The notes: generated by a model not told the origin, from the letters alone. A stretch of 64,000 nucleotides of DNA from Escherichia coli (GCF_013122565.1 NZ_CP053258.1); one strand, 5' to 3'; shown: positions 32,210-43,553, counted from the first letter of the stretch. Made by a program: numbers and translations.

Positions 32210-34473
32210 TCATCCTCCTGATGCGTGGTAGCGGTCCCATTGAAGGGCAAAATAAAATCACCCAAACAGAAAACAGATTCTTCAGCCACGGATATAAGCT
32301 GACCGTTCAAACGCAGTGAAACGGGCGCAGAAGTTCGAATCGCAATACGCTGCGCGTCGAGAGTGACCTGTAATTCGCAGCCCTGCCAGAACAGAGGGAA
32401 AGACAACTGTTGCCACTGCTCAGGTAACGCCGGATTGAGATGCAATTCACCGTCATGCACGCTCACCCCGGCAAAACCCTGAATCGCCCCCAGCCAGATA
32501 GCGCCAGTTGCGGCAGCGTGGATACCATCATCACAACTATGCGGATCAGCACCAAGATCGATTTCAGTCCCCTCGCGCCAGAACTGATAACTTTGGGTCA
32601 GCAGGCCACAGCGTGCGGCAACAATGCCGTGGATTGCTTTACTTAATGACGAGTCGTGAATGGTGCGCGGTTCATAAAATTGCAGATTGGCAAGACACGA
32701 TACCGCTGAGAACTGCTCCGGCAGCATGTAATTGAGCATCACCACATCAGCTTGTTTGAGGATCTGCATCTCGTTCACTTCTGCGCGTGAATAATCCAGC
32801 AGAATGGTTTGCTTCCCCGCCGCCGCTTTGTATTTCGCCAGGTTAATCGCCGGCTTAGCCATAAACGAATCATCCTGCGGCAAAACGCCGTCGGGCTGAG
32901 TCTCTGGCATCCACAACTCTTTGAGGAATATTTCGGCACGATGAATAAACGCATCGTCGCTACAGCCGAACTGGCGGGCAATATTCAGCGCCTGTTGGAC
33001 GTTGTAGCAGGCCATATAGCTGGTGTATGCGTTATTATTGACATGTTCGGTATATTCGTCTGGCCCAATAACATCATGAATTTCCAGACGATCGTTAACT
33101 CTCACCGCGCGGCTAATCCAGAATTTCGCAGTTTCCAGCAGTAGCGCCATGCCTTCGTGAGCGATGAAGCTTTCATCTCCCGTTGCCTGCCAGTATTGAA
33201 TGACAGCCCAGGCGATATCGGCGACCAGATGATGTTCAGCCTGCGCCGAGGCCACTTTTTGCCGCAGTCCGGTGCGGATGTTAATGGCGGCAAATTCCGG
33301 CGTCTCTTCTTCGCCGCTGCGCGCGCTCTCCCACGGAAACAGCGCGCCCTGCCAACCATTGCGTCGCGCTTTCTCCTGCGCGCCAGGCAAGTTGTGCCAG
33401 CGATAACGCAGTAAACTTCGGGCAACCGTCGGATCGCTAAACAGATGAAACGGTAGCAAAAATACTTCTGTATCCCAGAAAACGTGGCCTTTGTAGCCTT
33501 CGCCGGTTAAGCCTTTTGCCGCAATACTGCTGCGCTCGTCGTGAGCCGGCGTCATGATGCGCAGATGATAAAGCGCATAATCTAACGCTTGCTGATCGTG
33601 CGCATCGCCGCCATTTACTGTGATACGACGTTTCTGCCACCATTGACGCCAGTTTTCTGTTGATGCTGCAAGAAGTTGGTCGTAACTCTGCTGCGCGCAC
33701 ATTTCAAGCTGGCGAAGCGACGCGCTGCCCCACTCGTCTAAAACGGCTTGCCTGTCATCCCGCCAGTCGATCCACACCAGTTTTTGCAACGTCACTGTCT
33801 CGCCTGCATGAAGCTGCGCACTGGTATGTTGCAGCAAACGGCGCTCTTTGGCGGTATAGCATTGCTGCACATCACCACTCACCTGGCAGCAACAGCTGAT
33901 GGCCACATCACTGCGTCCATCCTGGGTGGTGTAGATCCCCTGCATCAGATGCTGACCAAACACCCGCACCTGGGTTTCGTCGAGATGTTGGCGACCGTGG
34001 TTGGTTTGCGTGGCGTCGATACCTGTTGAAATCAGCACTGACGCGTCAGCGTCCAGTGGCGTAATAGTGATTTCCAGCGCAATGAGCGGCAGTTGGTCTG
34101 CCGAAACAAAGCGACGGCTGGCGATGGTGTAACCTGCGCCGTTGCTGGTACGCCAGACAACGTTGCGGCGTAATTCGCCACTGGCAAAGTCAAGCTCACG
34201 CTGCCAGGCTTCGTGGGATAACGAGAAAACCTCACCATTTATGGCAATCTCCATCCCCAAGATATCAGGCAGGTTCACCAGTTCGTTGATTTCACCTTTT
34301 CCCGCCCGATGATACAGCCCCGCCAGATACATCCCTCGCGTCTGGCGCGTGTAATCTTCTTCATGGCTGGCGCGAAGCCCAAGATAGCCGTTCCCCTGCG
34401 CCATCAGCGATGCATACTTGTTCAGGGTATGCTGGCTGAAATGGGGTTCTGATAACGTTACTGGCCTGGTCAT
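32206..34473 (-). CDS. ycjT: GH65 kojibiose phosphorylase YcjT (755 aa)
   Basis: Length and sequence match remembered YcjT. The start of ycjU and the ycjT stop overlap by 4 nt, as do the ycjT start and the ycjS stop. Confidence 0.92.
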   Translation of the reverse strand: MTRPVTLSEPHFSQHTLNKYASLMAQGNGYLGLRASHEEDYTRQTRGMYLAGLYHRAGKGEINELVNLPDILGMEIAINGEVFSLSHEAWQRELDFASGELRRNVVWRTSNGAGYTIASRRFVSADQLPLIALEITITPLDADASVLISTGIDATQTNHGRQHLDETQVRVFGQHLMQGIYTTQDGRSDVAISCCCQVSGDVQQCYTAKERRLLQHTSAQLHAGETVTLQKLVWIDWRDDRQAVLDEWGSASLRQLEMCAQQSYDQLLAASTENWRQWWQKRRITVNGGDAHDQQALDYALYHLRIMTPAHDERSSIAAKGLTGEGYKGHVFWDTEVFLLPFHLFSDPTVARSLLRYRWHNLPGAQEKARRNGWQGALFPWESARSGEEETPEFAAINIRTGLRQKVASAQAEHHLVADIAWAVIQYWQATGDESFIAHEGMALLLETAKFWISRAVRVNDRLEIHDVIGPDEYTEHVNNNAYTSYMACYNVQQALNIARQFGCSDDAFIHRAEIFLKELWMPETQPDGVLPQDDSFMAKPAINLAKYKAAAGKQTILLDYSRAEVNEMQILKQADVVMLNYMLPEQFSAVSCLANLQFYEPRTIHDSSLSKAIHGIVAARCGLLTQSYQFWREGTEIDLGADPHSCDDGIHAAATGAIWLGAIQGFAGVSVHDGELHLNPALPEQWQQLSFPLFWQGCELQVTLDAQRIAIRTSAPVSLRLNGQLISVAEESVFCLGDFILPFNGTATTHQEDE

Positions 34474-35525
34474 AATTCCACACGCGTCCCTGTTTCTGCG
34501 GATTGATACAACGCCGCCACCAGTTGCTGGATGATGTACCCCTGCTCGGCGTCGGCTATCATCACGGGCTTGCCCTGTACGTGATTGATAAAGGCTTCCA
34601 TGCTGCGCAAATGGCGGTTGTCGTCTGCCATTTCCCGTTGCATCAGCGTCATTAATTCACCGTTGTTATCGGTGTAGATATGTGCTGGAAACAGCGTCGC
34701 ACCGGCTTTATCACCACAAAAGCTGACGTTCATAATCGACTGTTCGCGGATGTTGAGCGCAAATGACGTTTCCAGCCACAGAATGCCGCCGTTATGAAAT
34801 TCAATGGTGCCAAACAGCGAATCTTCGACGCTGTAAGTTGCCGGATCCCACTCGCCAAACTGACCGCAGCTCTTTTGCGGGCCGATCTTTTGAAAGCTAT
34901 GCGCATTCACGCTTTTCACCGCCGGAAAGCCCAGCACATACATCGCCGCATCCAGCATATGAATACCGATGTCGATCAGCGGGCCACCGCCCTGCAGTTC
35001 TTTATTGGTAAAGACACCCCAGCCGGGAACGCCGCAGCGACGCAGGGCGCGGGCGGTGGTAACGTAAATCTCTCCCAAAACGCCGTTGGTCACCTGTTCA
35101 CGCAGCTGTTGCGTATCGAGCGCAAAACGATGGTGAAAGTCGTAGGCCAGCACCTTGCCCTGTTTGCGCGCGGTATCGCACATTTCCCGCGCCTGTTCTG
35201 GCGTCATGGCGGGCGGTTTTTCGCACATCACATGGCAGCCCGCTTCCAGCGCCATCAGGGTATGTTCGTAATGAAAACGGTTAGGTGAGCAGACGCTAAC
35301 CACATCAGGTTTCACCGCCAGCAGCATGGCCTGCGGATCGTCCCACACGGATGCATTCCCGTATTTTTCTGCCAGCGCCTGCGCCTGGGAAAGGCGGCTG
35401 TCACAGACAGCCACCAGTTCCAGATCGTTGCGGGTGCAGTAGTACGAAGCATGAACCTTATCCGCCACCTGGCCTGCGCCTATTATCGCGACCCGCAGTG
35501 GAGAGCTTGTCATTGCACTTTTCAC
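34470..35525 (-). CDS. ycjS: Gfo/Idh/MocA-family D-glucoside 3-dehydrogenase YcjS (351 aa)
   Basis: N-terminal Rossmann motif (VAIIGAGQV). Matches remembered YcjS. Confidence 0.9.
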   Translation of the reverse strand: MKSAMTSSPLRVAIIGAGQVADKVHASYYCTRNDLELVAVCDSRLSQAQALAEKYGNASVWDDPQAMLLAVKPDVVSVCSPNRFHYEHTLMALEAGCHVMCEKPPAMTPEQAREMCDTARKQGKVLAYDFHHRFALDTQQLREQVTNGVLGEIYVTTARALRRCGVPGWGVFTNKELQGGGPLIDIGIHMLDAAMYVLGFPAVKSVNAHSFQKIGPQKSCGQFGEWDPATYSVEDSLFGTIEFHNGGILWLETSFALNIREQSIMNVSFCGDKAGATLFPAHIYTDNNGELMTLMQREMADDNRHLRSMEAFINHVQGKPVMIADAEQGYIIQQLVAALYQSAETGTRVEL

Positions 35526-35534
35526 AAAGACCTC

Positions 35535-36323
35535 TTAGCAGGTACGCAACCAGGTCAACGAATCACGGTACGCCTGGGCAGGATCTTCTGCCCGGATACG
35601 CCCTTCATACACCACATAACCCTGATAGTTATCGGCGCGCAGCTGTTCAAACAGCGCGTGGAAATCGAGGGTGCCGCTGCCCGGCTGGTAACGATGGTTA
35701 TCGGCAATATGCACATGACCGAGCAAGTCGCGGTTGTCATGCAGCGCCTGCGCCAGGTTATCTTCTTCGATGTTCATGTGATAGAAATCGCCGATAATCT
35801 GCACATGTTTAAGATTGTTTTCGACGATGTAACGACGAGCATCGGCGAGGGTGTTGATCATATGATCCTGATAGCGGTTTAACGGTTCGAGATACACCAC
35901 GGTTCCGGTACGCGCGGCGACCTGTTCCAGTACGCGCAGGGAATCACTCACCATTTTGCGGTCGCCGTCCAGGCTACGCGGCGAGGTCATCGGCGGTAAG
36001 CGGAAGGTAAACATGCCCCACGCTGCCGGAACGACGATACCTTTACCCCCCACTTCTGCCAGCGCTTCGAGAATGCGTTCGATCTGCTTTAAGCCATTAA
36101 GACGACGCTCTTCGATAAAGTCACCAATCCAGCCGTCATAGCCGCCGCAGGCGGTGGTCACCGGTAAACCGGTTTCTTTGATCGCCGCTTTGACTTCTTC
36201 GATGTTGTTGACCAGCAGTTTGCCGTCAATCTCAAAACCATCGAAGCCCATCTCTTTGATATAACGAAATTTCTCCAGAATATTTTCCGGGAAGAACGCC
36301 TGATTCTGTGTGCCTATTTTCAT
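35535..36323 (-). CDS. ycjR: Xylose-isomerase-like TIM-barrel 3-keto-glycoside epimerase YcjR (262 aa)
   Basis: MKIGTQNQAFFPENILEKFRYIKEMGFDGFEIDG... matches remembered YcjR. The track start at 36452 runs into ycjQ. Confidence 0.9.
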   Translation of the reverse strand: MKIGTQNQAFFPENILEKFRYIKEMGFDGFEIDGKLLVNNIEEVKAAIKETGLPVTTACGGYDGWIGDFIEERRLNGLKQIERILEALAEVGGKGIVVPAAWGMFTFRLPPMTSPRSLDGDRKMVSDSLRVLEQVAARTGTVVYLEPLNRYQDHMINTLADARRYIVENNLKHVQIIGDFYHMNIEEDNLAQALHDNRDLLGHVHIADNHRYQPGSGTLDFHALFEQLRADNYQGYVVYEGRIRAEDPAQAYRDSLTWLRTC

Positions 36324-36340
36324 TTTTTCATTCCTTTGAA

Positions 36341-37393
36341 TTAAAACGTGACGCCCATTTTGATGCTCTGTTCCGGATGCTGATCGACATACTGCATGTA
36401 GCTTTCCGGGCTGTTGGCAAAGGTCACTACCGGGTCGATTAAATCTTCGCAATTGAGATAACCGTTCATCAGCAGTTTCCAGCAGGTTTCTTCAATACGC
36501 TTACGGCTCCAGCGCGGATAATCCGGGTTCGGTTCACTGCACGCGCGAGAGAAGACAATTTTGGCGTTATTGAAATGCGCTTCGCGTCCGAGGTTAAAAC
36601 CTTCAGCAAACGGTTTAGCAAACGCGACATAGGAGATGGTGCCACCGTAAGCCAGGCCGCGCAGCGCCGACTGCAGCGCGTCGGCGTAACCGCTGGTTTC
36701 GATAATCACATCGGCACCCTGCTTGCCGGTCAGCGTTTTGATCTCTTTGCCTACGTCAGTGCCAATGGGATTAAGGCAGAAATCCGCACCGTGACGACGA
36801 GCAATATCACAACGATGGGCAATAGGATCGACGCCAATTACCACCGACGCGCCAGCGCGTTTAGCCAATTGGATGGCAATTTGACCGATCGCGCCAAGCC
36901 CTACCACCACTACAAAATCCCCTACGCGTACGTTGGCATCGCGAACGCCACTCATGGCGAACTGCGCCGGGTCGTAGCAGACGGCGTTTTTCCAGGAGCT
37001 GCCTTCCGGCATTTTGCGCAGCTTGTAGTTATTCACTGCGTTAATGATGACCGTCTCGGAGAGCGGGCCGTAGCCGCATACGCTGTCGCCCACCGCGTAG
37101 TCGGTAACGTCGCTGCCGCACTCGATAATGTCGCCAACCACCATGTTGCCAAGCTGGAATTTGCCAAACTCAATGCCGCGCGGCGCATCTGCCGGACGCG
37201 GGGTGAACATCTGCCACTCGCCGTTAAAGTCTTCATCGATAAACGGGCTGGCGGCGCGGAAGTCGACCACTTCCGTTCCGTGTTTCGGTGCGCCGAAACG
37301 CACGCGGATCTTCACTTCATTGGCTAAAATCGCCCGATCTTCATACTCAACCAGCGCAGCAACGCGCGGTGCTGTGGCTACTAACTTTTTCAT
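36341..37393 (-). CDS. ycjQ: Zinc-type alcohol dehydrogenase-like D-guloside 3-dehydrogenase YcjQ (350 aa)
   Basis: MDR-family fold with GLGAIG NAD motif. Matches remembered YcjQ. Confidence 0.9.
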   Translation of the reverse strand: MKKLVATAPRVAALVEYEDRAILANEVKIRVRFGAPKHGTEVVDFRAASPFIDEDFNGEWQMFTPRPADAPRGIEFGKFQLGNMVVGDIIECGSDVTDYAVGDSVCGYGPLSETVIINAVNNYKLRKMPEGSSWKNAVCYDPAQFAMSGVRDANVRVGDFVVVVGLGAIGQIAIQLAKRAGASVVIGVDPIAHRCDIARRHGADFCLNPIGTDVGKEIKTLTGKQGADVIIETSGYADALQSALRGLAYGGTISYVAFAKPFAEGFNLGREAHFNNAKIVFSRACSEPNPDYPRWSRKRIEETCWKLLMNGYLNCEDLIDPVVTFANSPESYMQYVDQHPEQSIKMGVTF

Positions 37394-37423
37394 GTAAAAC
37401 TCCTTGTTAAGAAACTGGCCGCT

Positions 37424-38266
37424 TTAGCCCTTCACGCCACCGGCGGTCAAACCACTCTTAATAAAACGTTCCGAAAGCGCATACATAATCACCACCGGCA
37501 ATGCGGTCACCAGCGAGGCCGCCATCATGCGTCCCCAGATGTAATCAGGCGTACTGAACAGCGCGTTCAGGCCCACTGGTAAGGTGAAATTGCTGGCGCT
37601 GGAGAGGAAAATCGACGCAAACAGATAGTCGTTCCACGCCACCATAAAGCAGTAGACGAACACCGATATCAGCCCGGACATCGCCAACGGCACGGTGATA
37701 CGGAAGATAATTTGCAGACGGTTGAGGCCATCCATCATCGCCGCTTCTTCGATCTCATCAGGGATGGTGTCGAAGTAACTTTTCAGCATAAACACGGCGG
37801 TGGGCAGAGTTTGCGTCACCATGGTAATGATCAGCGCCATCTCGGTGTCGTAAATGCCAAGCGCGGTGATGATTTTGAACAGCGGCACCACCAGCAAAAT
37901 GCCAGAGAACATATACACCGTGTAAAAGCTGGCGTTGATGGTCATCCGGCCTTTAAAGCGCAGGCGAGAAAGCGCGTAAGCTCCGAGAATGCCGAGAAAT
38001 ACCGCCACCACGGATGAAACCACCGACACCACCATGCTGTTACGGAAGTAGTCGACAAACGGGAAAATCACCGGGTTAAAAATGTCGACATAATGCTCCA
38101 GCGTCCACTGTTGCGGCAGCAGCGTAGGATGCAGCGAGATCGCCTCTTTTGCGCTCTTGAACGAGGTCATCAGCATCACAAAAAACGGAAACAGCGTGAT
38201 GATGAGAAACAGCGCCAGCCCGCAGTAAAATCCGATACGACTGAGTGTGCGTTTATTTGTTGCCAT
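37424..38266 (-). CDS. ycjP: ABC sugar transporter permease YcjP (280 aa)
   Basis: MalG-like protein with 6 TM helices and an EAA loop (EEAAMMDG). Confidence 0.9.
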   Translation of the reverse strand: MATNKRTLSRIGFYCGLALFLIITLFPFFVMLMTSFKSAKEAISLHPTLLPQQWTLEHYVDIFNPVIFPFVDYFRNSMVVSVVSSVVAVFLGILGAYALSRLRFKGRMTINASFYTVYMFSGILLVVPLFKIITALGIYDTEMALIITMVTQTLPTAVFMLKSYFDTIPDEIEEAAMMDGLNRLQIIFRITVPLAMSGLISVFVYCFMVAWNDYLFASIFLSSASNFTLPVGLNALFSTPDYIWGRMMAASLVTALPVVIMYALSERFIKSGLTAGGVKG

Positions 38267-39134
38267 TGAGGTTCACCCGTTTCCTGGTCAGAAGAATGAC
38301 AGCGAAAATAATGATGAAGAGCACCACCGAGATCGCCGCCGCTTTCCCTAAGTCATTAAAGGCAAAGGCAGTTTTGTAGAGATAGACACCGAGAATATCG
38401 ACCTTGGTCGTCAGCAGATAAACGTCAGCGAACATGTAGAACATCCAGATGGTGCGCAGGGTCACCACCGTCGCCAGGACCGGCATAATTGCGGGCAGCG
38501 TGACGATGCGAAACCGCTGCCAGGCATTAGCGCCATCCATCTCTGCCGCTTCGTACAGCGATTTGTCGATGGTCTGCAAAATCGCCAGAAACGAGATAAA
38601 GGCATACGGGAAGTAGCGCCAGATGGCGAACAGCACCACCAGCACAAAGCTACTGCCCGGATTATCGAACCACAGCGGTGCCTGCTCGTAGAGATGCAGA
38701 AGATCGACGCCGAGGTAGTTCACAATGCCGTAGCCGTTGTTGAACATGTATTTCCAGGCGAACACCAGCGAAATGGACGGCGTTACGTAGGAGAGGATCA
38801 CCAGCGAACGCGCGGTTTTGCGCAGGCGGAACTCGCGGTTGAAAAACATCGCCACCGCCAGCCCGAGCACGGTGCTGCCCGCCACCACCAGCGCGGTATA
38901 CCAGACCGTCATCCACAGCGAATGCCAGAAGCCGGGATCGGAGAGGATACGCACATAGTTGCTCACCCCAACAAACGTTGACTCGATGTTGGGATTGAGC
39001 GGCAGACGTAAAAAACTGATTTCGATATTCGACACCATCGGCCACGCCACCAGACCGCCCAGCAGTAATAAGCTGGGCGCGAGAAGCAGCAGCGCAAAGA
39101 GCATATCGGAACGACCTGAAAAAAGCCTGTTCAT
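38253..39134 (-). CDS. ycjO: ABC sugar transporter permease YcjO (293 aa)
   Basis: MalF-like permease with an EAA loop (YEAAEMDGA). Confidence 0.9.
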   Translation of the reverse strand: MNRLFSGRSDMLFALLLLAPSLLLLGGLVAWPMVSNIEISFLRLPLNPNIESTFVGVSNYVRILSDPGFWHSLWMTVWYTALVVAGSTVLGLAVAMFFNREFRLRKTARSLVILSYVTPSISLVFAWKYMFNNGYGIVNYLGVDLLHLYEQAPLWFDNPGSSFVLVVLFAIWRYFPYAFISFLAILQTIDKSLYEAAEMDGANAWQRFRIVTLPAIMPVLATVVTLRTIWMFYMFADVYLLTTKVDILGVYLYKTAFAFNDLGKAAAISVVLFIIIFAVILLTRKRVNLNGNK

Positions 39135-39154
39135 TGCGGATTCCTGTCCTGGGT

Positions 39155-40447
39155 TTAGTGCTGTTCGATCAGTTCATCCAGTTTTTTCTGGCTCGCTTGC
39201 AGCGTAGTAGAGAGATCGGCTTTACCCACGGTGACGTTATGCACCATTGAACTCACCACGCCAGAACCCGTCACATCACCCATGCGGGTAAAGTTTTTAT
39301 CCCCTACTGCGCCAAAGACCTGAATATTTGGCAGTTCACCGATTAGCTGATTCGGTAGTTCACCCAGCGCCTTAATAACGTCGTTGTCTTTCCAGGTGGC
39401 GGTAGTGACAACCGCTTTGTTCACCGGCAGTGCCGCGCCTGGCGACATCATCACCCAGTCGGCAATGTTGTCCGCCTGCTCCATAAAGGTGACGAATTTT
39501 TCTGCTGCTTCCGTTTCTTCGGTCTTTTGTCCGGCGGTAATGGTCAGCGAGGTCAACATGCCGTAGACGGCAGAGTTTTTCTCGGTTGGCACCACGAAAC
39601 CGACGTTTTTCGGGTCGCCTTCTTTAATCACAGCCGGAAGGATATAGGTGGAGTAAATCGCCATCGGCGCGGTGCCGTTCATAAAGGCGTCTTTCACTTC
39701 CATGATGTCGTTAGAACCCGGCATGGTGTTGGCAGCAAGGTCGCGGTAATAGGTCAGCGCCTGCATCATCTCTGGTGTATCAAGGGTGATTTTGCCTTCG
39801 GCGTTAAAGACGTTGGCCTGGTTGGATAACGCAAACTGGGAGAAGGATTGTTCCGTCAGCACGCTTTCTGCCGTAGGCAGCGCAATACCGTATTTTTTAT
39901 TCGCCGGGTCATTCAGTTTCTGTGCAACGTCCAGCAGCTGCTGCCAGTTTTTCGGCTCCTCCAGCCCGACTTTTGCCAGCACATCTTTGCGATACCAGAT
40001 GCCGCCAATCCAGGCGCTGACGGGAACACCGGTCCAGGCACTCCCATCTTCGGTGCGCACAATACGCAGTACGCCATCGTAAAACGCGCCTTCACCAACG
40101 TTGCTGATGACCGTGGCAACCGCCTTGCGATCGATAAGCTGCTCTTTGTCCATAACTTTGGCGTAGTCATGGCTGGTTTCGATCACTTCCGGCAGCGAAC
40201 CGCTACGTGAAAGGGTAATGACTTTAGTGTTATAGGCATCTTCTTCCACGGGCACTTGCTTAACGGTGATGCCCGGGTTTTCTTTTTCAAAACGGGCAAT
40301 CAATTTACTGATAACTGCCTGACGCTCCTGCTCCACCGAAGAATGCATAAATTCGATGGATACATTCGTTTTATTTTCTTCTTTACAGCCAGAAATCAGG
40401 GCGCAGGAAACCAGTGCTGATAACAGCACGATTTTTGATTTAATCAT
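39155..40447 (-). CDS. ycjN: Periplasmic sugar-binding lipoprotein YcjN (430 aa)
   Basis: Lipobox LISGC after the signal peptide. Family 1 SBP. Matches remembered YcjN. Confidence 0.9.
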   Translation of the reverse strand: MIKSKIVLLSALVSCALISGCKEENKTNVSIEFMHSSVEQERQAVISKLIARFEKENPGITVKQVPVEEDAYNTKVITLSRSGSLPEVIETSHDYAKVMDKEQLIDRKAVATVISNVGEGAFYDGVLRIVRTEDGSAWTGVPVSAWIGGIWYRKDVLAKVGLEEPKNWQQLLDVAQKLNDPANKKYGIALPTAESVLTEQSFSQFALSNQANVFNAEGKITLDTPEMMQALTYYRDLAANTMPGSNDIMEVKDAFMNGTAPMAIYSTYILPAVIKEGDPKNVGFVVPTEKNSAVYGMLTSLTITAGQKTEETEAAEKFVTFMEQADNIADWVMMSPGAALPVNKAVVTTATWKDNDVIKALGELPNQLIGELPNIQVFGAVGDKNFTRMGDVTGSGVVSSMVHNVTVGKADLSTTLQASQKKLDELIEQH

Positions 40448-40460
40448 GAGATGTTCCTTT

Positions 40461-42140
40461 TTATTTAATCCACATAACCTGCCAGGGGCGCAGCGTTATT
40501 TCATTACCCAATATATCAACTTCACTAATCAGATCGCGACCATGCAGATTAGTAATATTTACATGCTGAATATTTTTACTGACATTAAACAATCCAGTCA
40601 GACAATTACCCTCTGCGTTACTTCTTTGAATACGCATTACGGATGAATTAACCGTATCGATGGTAAAATTATTATCCGGATGAAACTCGTTATGGCTGCG
40701 ACGAAGTGTAATTAAACGCGACAACTCATGATATACCGCATGCCTTAATGTAGCTTCATCGTTCAGTTCTCGGGTTATCTCTTCACTGTGATATTTTTTA
40801 CGGTTAATCGCACGGTTATATCCGAGTTTTTCGACACCTGCGTAATCATTACGCGAGCCCAGAATACTTTGAATATATATCGCTGGCACACCGGGGAAAC
40901 TTAACAAAATCGCATGGGCAAGGATAAACCTGGCGCAACGTTCTTCATCGCTACTCTCGCGGCGGCTTAACGCATCCATATAGGTGACATTTATTTCATA
41001 GGGACTGCGCGTACCGTCGGGATTATTTTTCCAGTTTACTAATGCACCTTCCTGCTGTAATGCCTCGACCAGCGCTAATATTTCGCTTTCTGGTAACAAG
41101 CCCCGCAGTGGGTTCAGCCCGATGCCATCGTGAGAGGCGAGGAAGTTAAACCAGGTCGTTTTACCGGAGGGCAAGCTCAGACTTTGCGCCCACTGGCACA
41201 GCGCCTCGACGTTCTGTTTTTGCACCGCATGTAACACCAGCGGCGGCAGCGAGAACTGGTACACCATATGCGCTTCGTCATCGCCTTCGCCAAAGTAAGC
41301 AATGTTATCTTTATGCGGAACATTCGTCTCAGTAATAATCACCGTACCTGGCGCGATGTCATCAATAATCGACCGTAACAGTTTGATAATCAGATGTGTT
41401 TTTTCCAGATGGATGCAGCTTGTTCCCGGCTCTTTCCACATAAAGCCAACGGCATCCAGACGGACATATTCTGCGCCCTTTTCCAGGTAACAAAGCAAAA
41501 CATCCACCATCGCCAGCAACACGTCAGGGCTACGGTAATTCAGGTCAATTTGATCGTCGCTAAAGGTGGTCCATAAATGGCGCGTGGAATTATCATCCAT
41601 TTGAAACGGCGTTAATAGCGGTAATGCACGCGGACGGGTGACAGCGCTGAGATCGGTTTGCGGATCAACCGCAATAAAAAAATCTTCAAAACCTGGCTGC
41701 TGTTGTAAATAGTTTTTAAACCATTCACTTTTTGCCGACATATGGTTGCAGACAAAATCAAACATTAAATGACTGCATTCACCGAGCTGCTGAATATCCT
41801 GCCACTCCCCCGCTTCACTGGCGACCTGATGATAATCAATTACCGAAAATCCATCATCAGATGACCATGGATAAAAAGGTAATAAATGAACATGTGAAAA
41901 AATGCTTTGCAGCCATTGATGGTAAAACTGATTAAATGTGGGTAGTGGTTTTAAATCATTACTGTGAAATTGATCGGCATAGGTAATTAACACGACATCA
42001 CTTTCATCCCAGTGTTTTTTACGTCGCTGTGTAATTAATCGTTTCGCACTCTCAAGACGCGTTACAAGTTTCTGTAAATGAGTTGCGGTAAATGTTCCAC
42101 CGTAGATTTCGTCCAGGTAATCCGTAATTTTCTGTTTCAT
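40461..42140 (-). CDS. ycjM: GH13_18 glucosylglycerate phosphorylase YcjM (559 aa)
   Basis: MKQKITDYLDEIYGGTFTATHLQKL... matches remembered YcjM, with scattered substitutions. Confidence 0.9.
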   Translation of the reverse strand: MKQKITDYLDEIYGGTFTATHLQKLVTRLESAKRLITQRRKKHWDESDVVLITYADQFHSNDLKPLPTFNQFYHQWLQSIFSHVHLLPFYPWSSDDGFSVIDYHQVASEAGEWQDIQQLGECSHLMFDFVCNHMSAKSEWFKNYLQQQPGFEDFFIAVDPQTDLSAVTRPRALPLLTPFQMDDNSTRHLWTTFSDDQIDLNYRSPDVLLAMVDVLLCYLEKGAEYVRLDAVGFMWKEPGTSCIHLEKTHLIIKLLRSIIDDIAPGTVIITETNVPHKDNIAYFGEGDDEAHMVYQFSLPPLVLHAVQKQNVEALCQWAQSLSLPSGKTTWFNFLASHDGIGLNPLRGLLPESEILALVEALQQEGALVNWKNNPDGTRSPYEINVTYMDALSRRESSDEERCARFILAHAILLSFPGVPAIYIQSILGSRNDYAGVEKLGYNRAINRKKYHSEEITRELNDEATLRHAVYHELSRLITLRRSHNEFHPDNNFTIDTVNSSVMRIQRSNAEGNCLTGLFNVSKNIQHVNITNLHGRDLISEVDILGNEITLRPWQVMWIK

Positions 42141-42311
42141 GTTGCCTTTCCGTGGTAGCGGTCCCATGAAATGAGAGACTACTCCGCAGAAAATAAACTG
42201 TCAATTGAGCACAAGGGTTTTAGTCACGCAGGAAATCATTTTTTACCAGGGAAAAAGCGTATTTGTGAGCTGACGCAAATAATCTATAGGGATGTAAATA
42301 AGGTGTGACAG

Positions 42312-42334
42312 AAAAAAACGGCGCATAAGCGCCG
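42312..42334 (-). terminator. Rho-independent terminator of the psp operon
   Basis: The minus strand reads GGCGC-ttat-GCGCC followed by T7, 17 nt after the pspE stop. Confidence 0.7.
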
Positions 42335-42350
42335 CTCATGGTGAATTCTT

Positions 42351-42665
42351 TTAACCTTTGACCTTCGGCATTGCGATGTCTTTCAGGCCACCGGCGTTCT
42401 CAACGTGGGTATATCCCATCTCGCTAAGGATCTCTTTTGCCTGCCCTGACTGGCGTCCGGCATTGCAATACACTTTCACGGTGTCGTTTTTATCGGGAAC
42501 GGCGGTGGCAATGCGCTCTTTCACTTCCTTCAGGGGAATATTGATGGCCCCCTGAACGTGCTCTTGCTTATACTGCTCTGGAACACGAACATCGATCCAG
42601 TGTTCAGCGGCAAAAACGGGCAGTGAAAACACCAGTGCCAGAGCAAGTAAGCCTTTTTTAAACAT
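42351..42665 (-). CDS. pspE: Periplasmic rhodanese PspE (104 aa)
   Basis: Signal peptide and active-site CNAGRQS loop. Matches remembered PspE. Confidence 0.95.
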   Translation of the reverse strand: MFKKGLLALALVFSLPVFAAEHWIDVRVPEQYKQEHVQGAINIPLKEVKERIATAVPDKNDTVKVYCNAGRQSGQAKEILSEMGYTHVENAGGLKDIAMPKVKG

Positions 42666-42739
42666 GTAAGCGTCCTTCTATGGATGAAAATTGCTATCCA
42701 TTATACGCCTGAGATTTAACAATTTTTGCGAAACTCCCC

Positions 42740-42961
42740 TCACCTTTTATAACGCTGTGCCAGTTTATTAGCAGCCCGACTTAACAGCGGTTCCAGCGCC
42801 ACAGCCAGCAACATTTTCAGCGGTCGGCGAGCAACTGATTTTATCGCCCAGCCCGCCACACCCGCCGGGCCATAGCGCAGTGCGGTAAGAAGTACCAGCT
42901 TGCCTGCTAATTTGAAACCAGGCTTTACCTTTTGCCCGGCCTGTTGCCAGCGAGTATTCAT
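42740..42961 (-). CDS. pspD: Phage shock protein D (73 aa)
   Basis: [25 protein letters not shown]... matches remembered PspD. Confidence 0.88.
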
Positions 42962-42969
42962 AACTTTCC

Positions 42970-43329
42970 TCACAGTTGACGGAAACGGCTACGTAACGTG
43001 AAAGTATCGGAAGTGACATAACGTTCCATCTCGCGTAAACGCGTTTCACTTGCCGCCAGTTCACGGTCGACTTCATCCAGCAATTCACTGCTGGAAGGTA
43101 GCTGCTCACCAAAGGCCATGTTGTCCGGCATTGGATCAAGCGCAAATGACAAAATGATGTAAGCAACCAGGGTAAACAGCGCCAGACCGAAGAAAATCGA
43201 CAGCACCACCAGGATACGCACCAGTTTTACCGGTACATCAAAATAGTTGGCAATCCCGGCGCAGACGCCACGGACCATGCCCTGCTGTGGAATACGCCAT
43301 AATTTTTTATTGAGATTAATGCCCGCCAT
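42970..43329 (-). CDS. pspC: Phage shock protein C (119 aa)
   Basis: PspC domain, single TM helix, leucine zipper. Matches remembered PspC. Confidence 0.93.
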
Positions 43330-43553
43330 TAGCGATCCCTCCAGTTCGGATGTTCTGCATCAAGAATAGATTCCAGCGCCTGAATACGTTCGCGCATCCG
43401 TTTTGCTTCATCAGCCAGTTGCGCTAATCGCTGCTGCTCACTTTGCGACAATTCACTGCGACCAGAACGATTGCTGTAATGCAGCCATAACCAGATCGGT
43501 AAAACAAACAGCACAAAAATGGTTAACGGAATAGCCAGAAATAGCGCGCTCAT
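43329..43553 (-). CDS. pspB: Phage shock protein B (74 aa)
   Basis: N-terminal TM helix. Matches remembered PspB. Confidence 0.93.
   Translation of the reverse strand: MSALFLAIPLTIFVLFVLPIWLWLHYSNRSGRSELSQSEQQRLAQLADEAKRMRERIQALESILDAEHPNWRDR

Noticed and set aside
36575-37327. 250-aa ORF on the + strand inside ycjQ. Similar long antisense ORFs occur at 61179-61826 (in fabI), 14569-15060 (in fnr), 46315-46845 (in puuE), 18899-19375 (in mppA), 34794-35288 (in ycjS) and 47498-47959 (in puuB).
   Set aside because: Each lies entirely antisense to a confidently identified, well-conserved gene. None has an SD. The translations are low-complexity and R/H/Q-rich, as expected of stop-free antisense frames in GC-rich coding DNA.
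29504-42140. The ompG/ycjV-ycjM 12-gene cluster, considered as a possible novel system.
   Set aside because: Its enzymes have published biochemical assignments: kojibiose phosphorylase, beta-phosphoglucomutase, glucosylglycerate phosphorylase, and 3-keto-glycoside dehydrogenases and epimerase. Only the intact state of ycjV is notable here.
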